From a virus (Duplodnaviria; Caudoviricetes): a stretch of 64,000 nt of DNA. A program made the position numbers and the translations under genes. The stretch spans positions 494 to 64,493 of the IMG/VR virus record IMGVR_UViG_3300025141_009413. One strand, 5' to 3'. The notes beneath the pieces were generated by a model, which was given only the letters and a program-made list of their open reading frames with translations, was not told the origin of the DNA and searched no databases. This document shows positions 10,418 through 18,914 of this stretch, piece after piece (within the stretch, counting starts at the first letter, position 1; every line of letters starts with the position of its first letter).

Positions 10418-11710
10418 ATGACTATGGAAATAGAAAAGATAGTACGGGAATGGTTTTATAGACTTCCTAATGGTTACGCCGATGCTCCTTATTCCAAACA
10501 AGAACTAGCAGTACTAGATGAAGTGATGGATGAACATGGCATTGTACTGAATGAAGTAGATCAACTCGATCAAGCATTTTTAGATGCAAAGCCAGTTGAA
10601 GATGAAGAAGATGAGATAGTAGTTAAAGTTGATGAGGCTATTGATTCATATGATTTGTTACTAAATGAAGGATATACAAAAGATGATCTTATTGCAGTAA
10701 TTCAACAGACACCTTTACCAGATAAATTAATAGCATATATAAGTAGATTAATAGATAGTTCAGTTTCTCAAACTAGTGTAATTAAAAATTTAGAACAACG
10801 TAGATTTGATGCTAATTCTTCAAAATCAATGTTTGATAAAGCAGTTGAAATGGATAGTTATAAACAATTGCAAGATTTGGTTGCTGGTAACGCACAAAGT
10901 ATAGATTTTGATTCGTTAGGAGATTCTGGAAATTTGCAATCGTTTATTGATAAAGTAGGATTTACAAAAGAATATGCTGATTGGTTATATAATTATAGAC
11001 CGGCAATTGGAGGTGTGAACGTAGGCGCGGGTGAAAATATATTACGTGTTATTCTTAAAGGAGGCCATGTCCCGACTAAAGGTGATGTTGGTGCTGAAGG
11101 AATAGAAATTGAATTGAAAGCAACTCAATCAAAATCATCAGGATTTAGAATGAGAGGACAATCTGGATATGGATCTGGGTATGATATAGCATTGGCAATA
11201 TTTGATGCAATACAAACAGCATATGGTGATAATTTACCAGATAGTTTTCCAGATGTATCATCTGATAATGCAATTCAATTATACTTTAAATCTGGAAAAG
11301 AATCATTAGCTGATAAATACTTAAAAGACTTAGTAAAGAAAAACTTGTTAAAAAGATCTCAAATTGTCGATATATATTCTGATGCACTTAAACTTTTTTA
11401 TAAAAATTACAAAGGAGATATTAAAAAAGATATAGCAGAACCAGGAATTAATTCAGATGGATCATTTAATGTTAAAGAATTATTTCCAAGGTTAGCAGCA
11501 TTAGAGTTTAAATATTATGCAGATACTGAACCATGGGACGTTTTTATGTCATTAAATTATCAAAAAGATTATCTGATTATGCGTAAAAATAATTCGATTG
11601 ATGAGTTAGCTGAAATATTTAAAGATAAATTTAATATAGGTGCTCCTAATACTAAACCAAAAGCAACTAGCCAAGATTCTATGACGGCAGTACAATTAAA
11701 AGCAAGTTAG
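10418..11710 (+). CDS. Putative PD-(D/E)XK nuclease-domain protein, possibly virion-packaged
   Basis: GAGE...KGDVGAEGIEIELKA matches E...D...E-x-K. The acidic N-terminal region contains VLNE and LLNE. Confidence 0.5.
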   Translation: MTMEIEKIVREWFYRLPNGYADAPYSKQELAVLDEVMDEHGIVLNEVDQLDQAFLDAKPVEDEEDEIVVKVDEAIDSYDLLLNEGYTKDDLIAVIQQTPLPDKLIAYISRLIDSSVSQTSVIKNLEQRRFDANSSKSMFDKAVEMDSYKQLQDLVAGNAQSIDFDSLGDSGNLQSFIDKVGFTKEYADWLYNYRPAIGGVNVGAGENILRVILKGGHVPTKGDVGAEGIEIELKATQSKSSGFRMRGQSGYGSGYDIALAIFDAIQTAYGDNLPDSFPDVSSDNAIQLYFKSGKESLADKYLKDLVKKNLLKRSQIVDIYSDALKLFYKNYKGDIKKDIAEPGINSDGSFNVKELFPRLAALEFKYYADTEPWDVFMSLNYQKDYLIMRKNNSIDELAEIFKDKFNIGAPNTKPKATSQDSMTAVQLKAS

Positions 11711-11720
11711 GAAATAAATT

Positions 11721-12107
11721 TTGAAAACACAGTTATTATGCACATTTGCACATAAAAAAGATTTAGATTTAATAGTAGATTATATTATTAAATCATATAC
11801 AGTAGCAGAAAAGCGAATGTTTGTGTTTTCAGATGAAGAGAGTAGACAAGATTTATATATTACATATAATATTGAACCACGGAATTATACAAAGACACCA
11901 AATACAATTTCAATACATAGAAAAAAAGAAACAAATACATTATATTCAGTGAACGCTTTAAATGTTGTAATTAGAAATGCAAACAATGGAATGTTAGATA
12001 AATCATTTATGGTTGATTGGAGTTTATATCAGAACACGTTATTGTTAACAAATGAAGAACAATTACGTAGAATTAACTTAGACTTAATGAAAAGAATAGA
12101 CTTATAA
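11721..12107 (+). CDS. Conserved hypothetical phage protein
   Basis: 128-aa ORF (MKTQLLCTF...HRKKETNTLYSVNALN). Confidence 0.6.
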   Translation: MKTQLLCTFAHKKDLDLIVDYIIKSYTVAEKRMFVFSDEESRQDLYITYNIEPRNYTKTPNTISIHRKKETNTLYSVNALNVVIRNANNGMLDKSFMVDWSLYQNTLLLTNEEQLRRINLDLMKRIDL

Positions 12108-12111
12108 CTGT

Positions 12112-12119
12112 ATATTTAT
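12112..12119 (+). promoter_or_regulatory. Putative late promoter ATATTTAT
   Basis: Directly upstream of the MNLQE-leader gene array. Confidence 0.6.
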
Positions 12120-12141
12120 ATTATATTAAAGGAATACTAAA

Positions 12142-12471
12142 ATGAATTTGCAAGAACAATACAAGAAATTATTTAAAAGTAAAGTAAGTTCTAATGATAA
12201 GACATTATTGAAAGAAGACAATTCATCCGATCGATTTGACGACGATGAAGGTCAGCCATCTGTTTTTTTAGTAGATGAAAAAGTTACTGATTCTTTGTAT
12301 GATATTCATGAGATAATAAAATTTATTGATAATGATTTAAACGATAATGACTTAGGCGGAGATATCGCAAAACCAGTATTAGAAAAAATTGCAACACAAT
12401 TAAATGATTTGCATGATGAACTACTTGAGATTACTGATGAAGGAGATAGACTTATAACACCGTACCGATAA
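12142..12471 (+). CDS. Leader-bearing putative internal head (cargo) protein 1
   Basis: N-terminus MNLQEQYKKLFKSKVSSNDKTLLKE is shared with neighbours; acidic body. Confidence 0.6.
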   Translation: MNLQEQYKKLFKSKVSSNDKTLLKEDNSSDRFDDDEGQPSVFLVDEKVTDSLYDIHEIIKFIDNDLNDNDLGGDIAKPVLEKIATQLNDLHDELLEITDEGDRLITPYR

Positions 12472-12481
12472 AAGGAATAAA

Positions 12482-12835
12482 ATGAACTTACAAGAAAATT
12501 ACAAAAGATTATTTAAAGGCAAAGTAGGCTCTAATGATAAGAAATTATTATCAGAGGCAATGGCATGGGAAAGAGTTCCTGGCCAACCATTACCTACAGT
12601 AAAAGACGTTGCTAAAAAATATAACAAATCATTGAATGAAGCAATGGTAATGAAGATAGGAAATGACTATTCAGTATTTGATCCAGGAGATGGAGAGTGG
12701 AGAGAAGATATGGAATATTTAGGATATGCTAGTCATCGTCAAGCTCACTTCTTTAGAGCGTTTTCAGCACCTGGTAGCAGAGAAGTTGTTATTATGGAAG
12801 TCCCTAAAAAAAGTGAAATGAAGGATATAATGTAA
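12482..12835 (+). CDS. Leader-bearing putative internal head (cargo) protein 2
   Basis: MNLQENYKRLFKGKVGSNDKKLLSE leader and an internal SLNE. Confidence 0.6.
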   Translation: MNLQENYKRLFKGKVGSNDKKLLSEAMAWERVPGQPLPTVKDVAKKYNKSLNEAMVMKIGNDYSVFDPGDGEWREDMEYLGYASHRQAHFFRAFSAPGSREVVIMEVPKKSEMKDIM

Positions 12836-13854
12836 TGAATTTGCAAGAGCAATACAAAAGATTATTTACTGGTAAAGCCAGAAGTAATGATGTTTTGATA
12901 TTAAATGAAAAAGATGGTGAAAGGCTTCATGGCCCCGCAGCATTGAAACCTTTCTCTCGATATAAAGTGTATGATCCAAAAGCTTTTGCGCCATCGGCTG
13001 AGTTCGAGCAAAAAGCGGGAGACTTGTCGGACAATAACTGGAAATTATATACAATTTGGGAAGCTGAATTCGGAATTCATAATTATGGTGGGGTTAAAGA
13101 TTTTAAGAATGCTTTAGATGGAGATTCCTATATCAACAGCGATATAAAGCAACTTGTAAAAATAGCCAAAAAAAATGCACCTCAATCTCCCGTTACAGCA
13201 GCATTAGTAGCTATGACAAAAACTGCAGCGAAAGGACCTGCAAGTCAAATGAAGGCAGCTCAAGCATTATATGACGAGATATCAAAAGATGACTCATTTG
13301 CAGATGTAAATGCGCTTTTTAAAGCGAAAGAAAAAGCAGGCCCACCAATTACAGTCTTTGATGGAGAGGTTGATGGTAGAAATAGAACAGCATCTGGTAC
13401 TTATGGTGATGAAGAATTAGAATGGGAATTAACAACAGATGATGGAATGACCTATATTTTCGTCGACGGCAAATCAATTGAAGATGATGATCCTATGTTC
13501 GATGCGATATTAACAGCTGTAGAAGATGAAGGCTACGAAATAGATCTAGATGAAGGCTATCTTCAAGAACAATACAAAAGATTATTTAAAGGACGAATGG
13601 GCTCCAATGATAAGAAATTATTGAAAGAGGCATATAATATTCGCATCACCGGAAAAAAGGTTGATGTCGAAAATGCTGTTATTGGCGGAGTAGAAAGATC
13701 ACAAGGACCAGATGATGGAACTACAGATGCTTATTTTGAATCAGCTGATTTTGAGGACGGAACTCCATTAAATGATCAACAATTAGATAAATTGAATGAT
13801 GAACATTATGATGTCGCTGTTGAAATTGCAATAGAGAATTTTAGTGATTATTAA
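12835..13854 (+). CDS. Leader-bearing putative internal head polyprotein 3
   Basis: MNLQEQYKRLF...ILNE leader, plus an in-frame internal second leader LQEQYKRLFKGRMGSNDKKLLKE at 13561. Confidence 0.6.
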   Translation: MNLQEQYKRLFTGKARSNDVLILNEKDGERLHGPAALKPFSRYKVYDPKAFAPSAEFEQKAGDLSDNNWKLYTIWEAEFGIHNYGGVKDFKNALDGDSYINSDIKQLVKIAKKNAPQSPVTAALVAMTKTAAKGPASQMKAAQALYDEISKDDSFADVNALFKAKEKAGPPITVFDGEVDGRNRTASGTYGDEELEWELTTDDGMTYIFVDGKSIEDDDPMFDAILTAVEDEGYEIDLDEGYLQEQYKRLFKGRMGSNDKKLLKEAYNIRITGKKVDVENAVIGGVERSQGPDDGTTDAYFESADFEDGTPLNDQQLDKLNDEHYDVAVEIAIENFSDY

Positions 13855-13871
13855 AAAAAGCTTGAAAAAAA

Positions 13872-13903
13872 TTAGGAATTACGAGATTTTTTCCTTATTT
13901 TTA
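13872..13903 (+). promoter_or_regulatory. Class E promoter copy
   Basis: ttaggaattacgagattttttccttattttta. Confidence 0.55.
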
Positions 13904-13912
13904 TAAAAAGAG

Positions 13913-14272
13913 ATGAATATGATAAAGTTAGCAGGAATAGCAAAAGGATTGATTAAAGAAGCGGTAGCCAAACCAAATACCATTCTAGTAACAAGTATAG
14001 ATAATGGAAATTCATATATAAATTATCCTAACGGTGAAGAATTAGATAGTAATCATTATGATCAGGCTATTGAATTTGCAGAAGAAAAATATTCGAATGG
14101 AACCAACATAGAATTTATTTATATGGATGTTGATGGAAAAGCTCATGAAGGCAAAGTTAAGTTAAATGCCCGTAGTGACTATGAAGGACCGGATTGGGAT
14201 GACGAAAAAGAATTTCAATCAACAATGATGTCCGACGAAAATATCATTGACATGTTTGATGAATTTTCATGA
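13913..14272 (+). CDS. Acidic hypothetical protein with MIKL...LIKE leader
   Basis: MIKLAGIAKGLIKE resembles the leaders of the 57.5-61.4 kb array. Confidence 0.55.
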   Translation: MNMIKLAGIAKGLIKEAVAKPNTILVTSIDNGNSYINYPNGEELDSNHYDQAIEFAEEKYSNGTNIEFIYMDVDGKAHEGKVKLNARSDYEGPDWDDEKEFQSTMMSDENIIDMFDEFS

Positions 14273-14356
14273 AAGGAATAATATGATGACTTTATAACAT
14301 TGTAACAATTAGAAGCAAATTAACAAATAACAAATAAAAACTTTTTTCAGAAATCA

Positions 14357-14388
14357 TTAGGATCTTTGAAAAATTATACTTATATTAT
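14357..14388 (+). promoter_or_regulatory. Class E promoter copy (ssb)
   Basis: ttaggatctttgaaaaattatacttatattat. Confidence 0.65.
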
Positions 14389-14421
14389 AAATAATTAATA
14401 ACAAATAAAAAAGGAAAAACA

Positions 14422-15195
14422 ATGGCAATTGACTTAGAAGCAATTAAACGTAAACTTAATCAGTTACAAACGGTCGGAAATCGACAAAACAATTTATGGA
14501 AACCTGAACCAGGAAAACAAACAATCAGAATCGTCCCTTATCAATATGATAGAGACAATCCATTTCAAGAATTATATTTTCACTATGACTTAGGAAAGAA
14601 AAATTATCTTTCTCCAGTTACTTATGGAAAAGCAGATCCAGTGGTTGAATTCGCTGAAAAGCTAAAATCATCAGGTAATTCAGACGAATGGAAGTTAGGG
14701 AAGAAACTTGAACCTAAATTAAGGACTTATGTTCCTGTATTAGTTAGAGGAAAAGAATCAGAAGGCGTTAAATTCTGGGGATTCGGAAAGACAGTTTACA
14801 CTGAGCTATTAGGTTTTATAACTGATCCGGATTACGGTGATTTATCAGATCCAATGAACGGAAGAGATATTGTAGTAGAGTTTACACCATCTGAAGGTGC
14901 AGGACAATATCCAAAAACAGCAATTCGTGTTAAGCCACAAGTAACGCCATTGACTACAGATAAAAATGTAGCAGAGGCAGCAGCTCAAAATCAACCTAAC
15001 TTAGGAGACATATTTAAAGAACCTAGTTATGATGATTTGAAAAAGGCTTTAGAGAATTGGTTACAACCAGAAGGCAATGATGAGGGAGCAAATGATGCAC
15101 CTAAAGAAGAGCCTAAAAAAGAAGATGCAGCACCTCAAGGCGCTAGCAAAGTAGACGATGTATCATCAGCATTTGATGCATTGTTTAACGAATAA
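14422..15195 (+). CDS. Single-stranded DNA-binding protein (gp32-like)
   Basis: LWKPEPGKQTIRIVP, FWGFGKTVY..., and an acidic C-terminal tail ending AFDALFNE. Upstream of the recombinase. Confidence 0.8.
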   Translation: MAIDLEAIKRKLNQLQTVGNRQNNLWKPEPGKQTIRIVPYQYDRDNPFQELYFHYDLGKKNYLSPVTYGKADPVVEFAEKLKSSGNSDEWKLGKKLEPKLRTYVPVLVRGKESEGVKFWGFGKTVYTELLGFITDPDYGDLSDPMNGRDIVVEFTPSEGAGQYPKTAIRVKPQVTPLTTDKNVAEAAAQNQPNLGDIFKEPSYDDLKKALENWLQPEGNDEGANDAPKEEPKKEDAAPQGASKVDDVSSAFDALFNE

Positions 15196-15206
15196 TAGGT
15201 TACAAT

Positions 15207-16346
15207 ATGGCAAAATCAAAAAGTGAACTAGCAGATGATCTGGCTACTCAATTAGCAGATAATTTAAATAAGAAGTTTAAAAATACTGGATTTAAAGCTG
15301 CATATTTTTTAGACAGAGACACAGACGCTCCTACAGAAGTACGAGGTTGGGTCGGCTCTGGTTCATCTATGTTAGATCTTGCAATTTCAAATAGACCTAA
15401 TGGAGGTTTTCCTGTAGGAAGGATAACCGAAATTACAGGACTAGAAGCTTCAGGTAAATCTTTATTAGCAGCACATGCACTAGCCAATACACAAAAAGCT
15501 GGAGGGATGGCAGTTTATATTGATACCGAGAATGCAGTCAGTAGAGAATTTTTAGAGGCAATTGGACTTGATCTTCAAAAGATGTTATATGTTCCACTCG
15601 ATACTATTGAAGACATTTTCGAAGCAATTGAAAGCATAGTTGAATCTATTAGAAAGTCGAGTAAAGATCGTTTAGTTACGATCGTAGTTGATTCGGTGAT
15701 GGGAGCATCAACAAAAATTGAAATGGCAAAAGAATTTGATAAAGATGGATATGCAACATCAAAATCTATTATTTTATCAAAGGCAATGAGAAAAGTAACA
15801 AATATGTTAGGCCGTAACAAAATTTGTTTGATATTCACAAACCAATTAAGAACTCGATTAGGAGTAGCGTTTGGAGATCCATATACTACATCAGGTGGAA
15901 AGGCAATACCATTTCACTCTTCAGTAAGGTTACGATTAAAATCAGTTGGACAAATCAAAGTTAAAAAAGACGGAGTTGATCAAGCTATCGGAATTAAGAC
16001 TAGATGCCAAGTGGTTAAGAATAGAATGGGGCCGCCATTAAAGACAATTGATTATGATATCTACTTTGAAAGTGGTATCGATGATTTTGGAGGTTGGCTC
16101 AATGTTATGAAACAATTTAAGCTTGTTGCAACAGCAGGTGCCTGGTATACTTTTACTAGAGCAGATGGGACAGAAATTAAATTCTTATCAAAAGATTTTG
16201 AAAAGAAATTACAAGAAGTCGATGGCTTGAAAGAAGAAATATATCAACTAATCTGTGATGCATATATTCTTAAATATCAACCTGGAGAGGATATTGGAAT
16301 TGATGATGTTGAGATAGATGAAGAATTTGTTAGTGAAGAAGGCTAA
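15207..16346 (+). CDS. recA: RecA/UvsX recombinase
   Basis: GRITEITGLEASGKS (Walker A), YIDTENA, IVVDSV, FTNQLR, TSGGKAIPFHSSVRL. Confidence 0.95.
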   Translation: MAKSKSELADDLATQLADNLNKKFKNTGFKAAYFLDRDTDAPTEVRGWVGSGSSMLDLAISNRPNGGFPVGRITEITGLEASGKSLLAAHALANTQKAGGMAVYIDTENAVSREFLEAIGLDLQKMLYVPLDTIEDIFEAIESIVESIRKSSKDRLVTIVVDSVMGASTKIEMAKEFDKDGYATSKSIILSKAMRKVTNMLGRNKICLIFTNQLRTRLGVAFGDPYTTSGGKAIPFHSSVRLRLKSVGQIKVKKDGVDQAIGIKTRCQVVKNRMGPPLKTIDYDIYFESGIDDFGGWLNVMKQFKLVATAGAWYTFTRADGTEIKFLSKDFEKKLQEVDGLKEEIYQLICDAYILKYQPGEDIGIDDVEIDEEFVSEEG

Positions 16347-17395
16347 TGAAGACACGATATCTAGACATATTACGTGAAGTAGAACAGGATCGAGAACAAG
16401 GTAAGGGGAATAGTAAGAATAGCCATCTACTAATTATTGACGGTCTGAATACATTCATTAGAGTGTTTTCAGCCGTACCTGCCTTGAATGATGATGGAAT
16501 GCATATCGGCGGCGTGACAGGGTTTTTAAGATCTATAGCCGCCGTTATTCGTCAACATAAACCTACACGGTGTGTGATAGTATTTGATGGCAAAGGAGGA
16601 TCAGTCCGTAGAAGGCAAATATATCCAGATTACAAAGCAAATAGAGCAAACAAAACTGCATTTAATAGATATAAAGAATTTGCATCATTACAAGATGAAC
16701 AAGAGAGTATGAAACGTCAATTTGGACGGATGGTTGAGTATTTGCAATGTTTACCAATTACTACATTGGCTATTGATAATATAGAAGCTGATGACGCTAT
16801 AGCATATATAGCTAATGAAATATTTACGAAACAAGAAAACCGAGCAACAATTGTATCAACAGATAGAGATTTTTTACAATTAGTAAATAATAGGATATCA
16901 GTATGGAGTCCAGTAAAAAAGAAAATGTATACACCAGATACCATACGTGAAGAGTTTGGAATAGACTCACAAAATTATTTATTGTATAGAGCAATCACCG
17001 GAGATAAATCGGATAATATCCCCGGCATTAACGGAATAGGATTAAAAACTTTAATTAATAGAATTCCTATAATTACAGAACATAAACAAATAGAAGTTGA
17101 AGATATTATTGAATATGCTAATAATGTCGACAAAAAATATAAAGTTCATGAGACTATACAATCCAATGTCAATACGCTCAGATTAAATTATGACTTAATG
17201 CAATTAAAAAATGTCGACATTGCAGGAAATATTAAGTTATTAATTTTAGACAAAATTCGAGACGACATAAACAAATTAGATGTGTTAAGTTTTAAAAAAA
17301 TGTTTATGGCAGATAAAATGTATACTGTCATAAAAGATTTAGATAGTTGGATGAATTCATCATTTAATTCATTAAATGCTTACAGATCTCTTTGA
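16346..17395 (+). CDS. 5'-3' exonuclease / flap endonuclease (RNase H of T4 type)
   Basis: LIIDGLN, VFDGKGG, YKANR, EADD, STDRDFLQL, GDKSDNIPGINGIG. Confidence 0.92.
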   Translation: MKTRYLDILREVEQDREQGKGNSKNSHLLIIDGLNTFIRVFSAVPALNDDGMHIGGVTGFLRSIAAVIRQHKPTRCVIVFDGKGGSVRRRQIYPDYKANRANKTAFNRYKEFASLQDEQESMKRQFGRMVEYLQCLPITTLAIDNIEADDAIAYIANEIFTKQENRATIVSTDRDFLQLVNNRISVWSPVKKKMYTPDTIREEFGIDSQNYLLYRAITGDKSDNIPGINGIGLKTLINRIPIITEHKQIEVEDIIEYANNVDKKYKVHETIQSNVNTLRLNYDLMQLKNVDIAGNIKLLILDKIRDDINKLDVLSFKKMFMADKMYTVIKDLDSWMNSSFNSLNAYRSL

Positions 17396-17421
17396 ATTAC
17401 GAAAAAAAATTCATATAATTA
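17390..17421 (+). promoter_or_regulatory. Class E promoter copy (dnaB; likely leaderless)
   Basis: ctttgaattacgaaaaaaaattcatataatta; ATG 3 nt downstream. Confidence 0.6.
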
Positions 17422-17424
17422 AGT

Positions 17425-18780
17425 ATGACAGACAGATTAAGTTCATACGGCTACAGTTTCCAGATAAAAGTCATAACGGCTTTATTAACTGATAAATCAT
17501 TTTTACAGCAAATTTCTGATATAATATTACCTTCATATTTTGAAAGTGATGCTAATAATTGGATTGTTGAAACAATCTTACAGTACCATTTAGATTACAA
17601 AGCTTCTCCTTCATTAGAAGTAATGAAAGTAAAATTAGAAGAAGTTGACCATGAAGTATTAAAAACTCAAATAGTACAATATCTAAAAGACGCATGGAAA
17701 TTTACAGAAGCAGATGATTTAGAGTTTATTAAACAACAAGCATTAGATTTTTGTAAAAACCAAGAAATTAAAAAGGCAATTTTATCTTCAGTTGATTTAT
17801 TAAAAAATGGAAGATATGAAGAAATAAAATCTAAAATTGATGGTGCATTAAAGGCCGGCGGAGATAAAGATATTGGGCATGATTATATGACTAGTATAGA
17901 AGAACGATATACGGATTCAGTTAGAGATACAAAAGAAACCCCATGGGAAGTATTAAATGACTTAACAGATGGCGGTTTAGGTAAAGGAGAGTTAGCAGTA
18001 TTTGTAGCTCCTGCAGGTATAGGAAAATCATGGGGATTGATCAATATCGGTGCACATGCAATAAAGAAGGGCATGACTGTATTACATTACACATTAGAAC
18101 TTAATGAAGCATATGTAGGATTGAGATATGATTCTGTTGTAACAGGTATTGCTAATCAAAATCTTAAACATTATCAATCACAAGTAAAAGAAGATCTAGA
18201 AAAAATAGACGGTGAGTTAATCATCAAACATTATCCAACTAAATCAGTATCAGTAATAGGATTACGTAGTCATATAGAAAAATGTATAATGCAAGGTAAA
18301 AAACCAGACATTATTATAGTTGATTATGCAGATTTATTACGAGGCCATGGACAAGAAAAACGTCATGAATTAGAAGGCATCTATGAAGACTTGCGAGGCA
18401 TGGCAGGCGAATATGAAATACCGGTTTGGACAGCATCTCAAGCAAACAGATCAGCATTAGAAGAAGATGTTATTGATGCAAGTAAAATTGCTGAATCATA
18501 TGGAAAAGTTATGGTAGCTGATTTCGTATTATCATTATCTAGAAAGGTAGCTGATAAATTGGCAGGTACTGGAAGGTGGCATGTTATTAAAAATAGGTTT
18601 GGTCCAGATGGAATTACTTTACCAAGTAAAATGAACACATCAAATGGACAGATACATATTTATGCAGACACATCAGTGCAAGGAAAAGATGCACAGAAAC
18701 AAATGGATAATGGGGAAGAGTATACGAGAAAGATGTTAGCACGTAAATTCCAGGAAATTAGTAATGATGAATTTGAGTAA
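17425..18780 (+). CDS. dnaB: Replicative DnaB-family helicase (gp41-like)
   Basis: APAGIGKS (Walker A), YTLEL, IIVDYADLL, WTASQANR, IKNRFG. Confidence 0.93.
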   Translation: MTDRLSSYGYSFQIKVITALLTDKSFLQQISDIILPSYFESDANNWIVETILQYHLDYKASPSLEVMKVKLEEVDHEVLKTQIVQYLKDAWKFTEADDLEFIKQQALDFCKNQEIKKAILSSVDLLKNGRYEEIKSKIDGALKAGGDKDIGHDYMTSIEERYTDSVRDTKETPWEVLNDLTDGGLGKGELAVFVAPAGIGKSWGLINIGAHAIKKGMTVLHYTLELNEAYVGLRYDSVVTGIANQNLKHYQSQVKEDLEKIDGELIIKHYPTKSVSVIGLRSHIEKCIMQGKKPDIIIVDYADLLRGHGQEKRHELEGIYEDLRGMAGEYEIPVWTASQANRSALEEDVIDASKIAESYGKVMVADFVLSLSRKVADKLAGTGRWHVIKNRFGPDGITLPSKMNTSNGQIHIYADTSVQGKDAQKQMDNGEEYTRKMLARKFQEISNDEFE

Positions 18781-18830
18781 AAAGCATGAAAAAAAGTAAC
18801 AAAACCCAGGTTGAGCATGCCCCGGGTTAT

Positions 18831-18838
18831 ATATTTAT
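18831..18838 (+). promoter_or_regulatory. Putative late promoter ATATTTAT, preceded by a GC hairpin at 18803-18828
   Basis: Motif copy; AACCCAGG...CCCGGGTT stem just upstream. Confidence 0.5.
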
Positions 18839-18852
18839 ATAAAAATTAATTG

Positions 18853-18884
18853 AATTTGTAACTCATACCGTTGCAAATTTTTTT
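18853..18884 (+). terminator. Terminator-like hairpin with U-tract in the nrdJ leader
   Basis: AATTTGTAAC-tcatacc-GTTGCAAATT (one G-U pair) followed by TTTTT. Confidence 0.45.
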
Positions 18885-18914
18885 GTCTATAAACATTAAA
18901 ATAAAGGAAAGTCA

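Larger units (their letters stand above)
12142..13630 (+). repeat. Four dispersed ~70-75-bp direct repeats encoding the MNLQE leader (12142, 12482, 12835, 13561)
   Basis: For example caagaacaatacaaaagattatttaaagg...aatgataagaaattatt, conserved at DNA and protein level. Confidence 0.85.
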
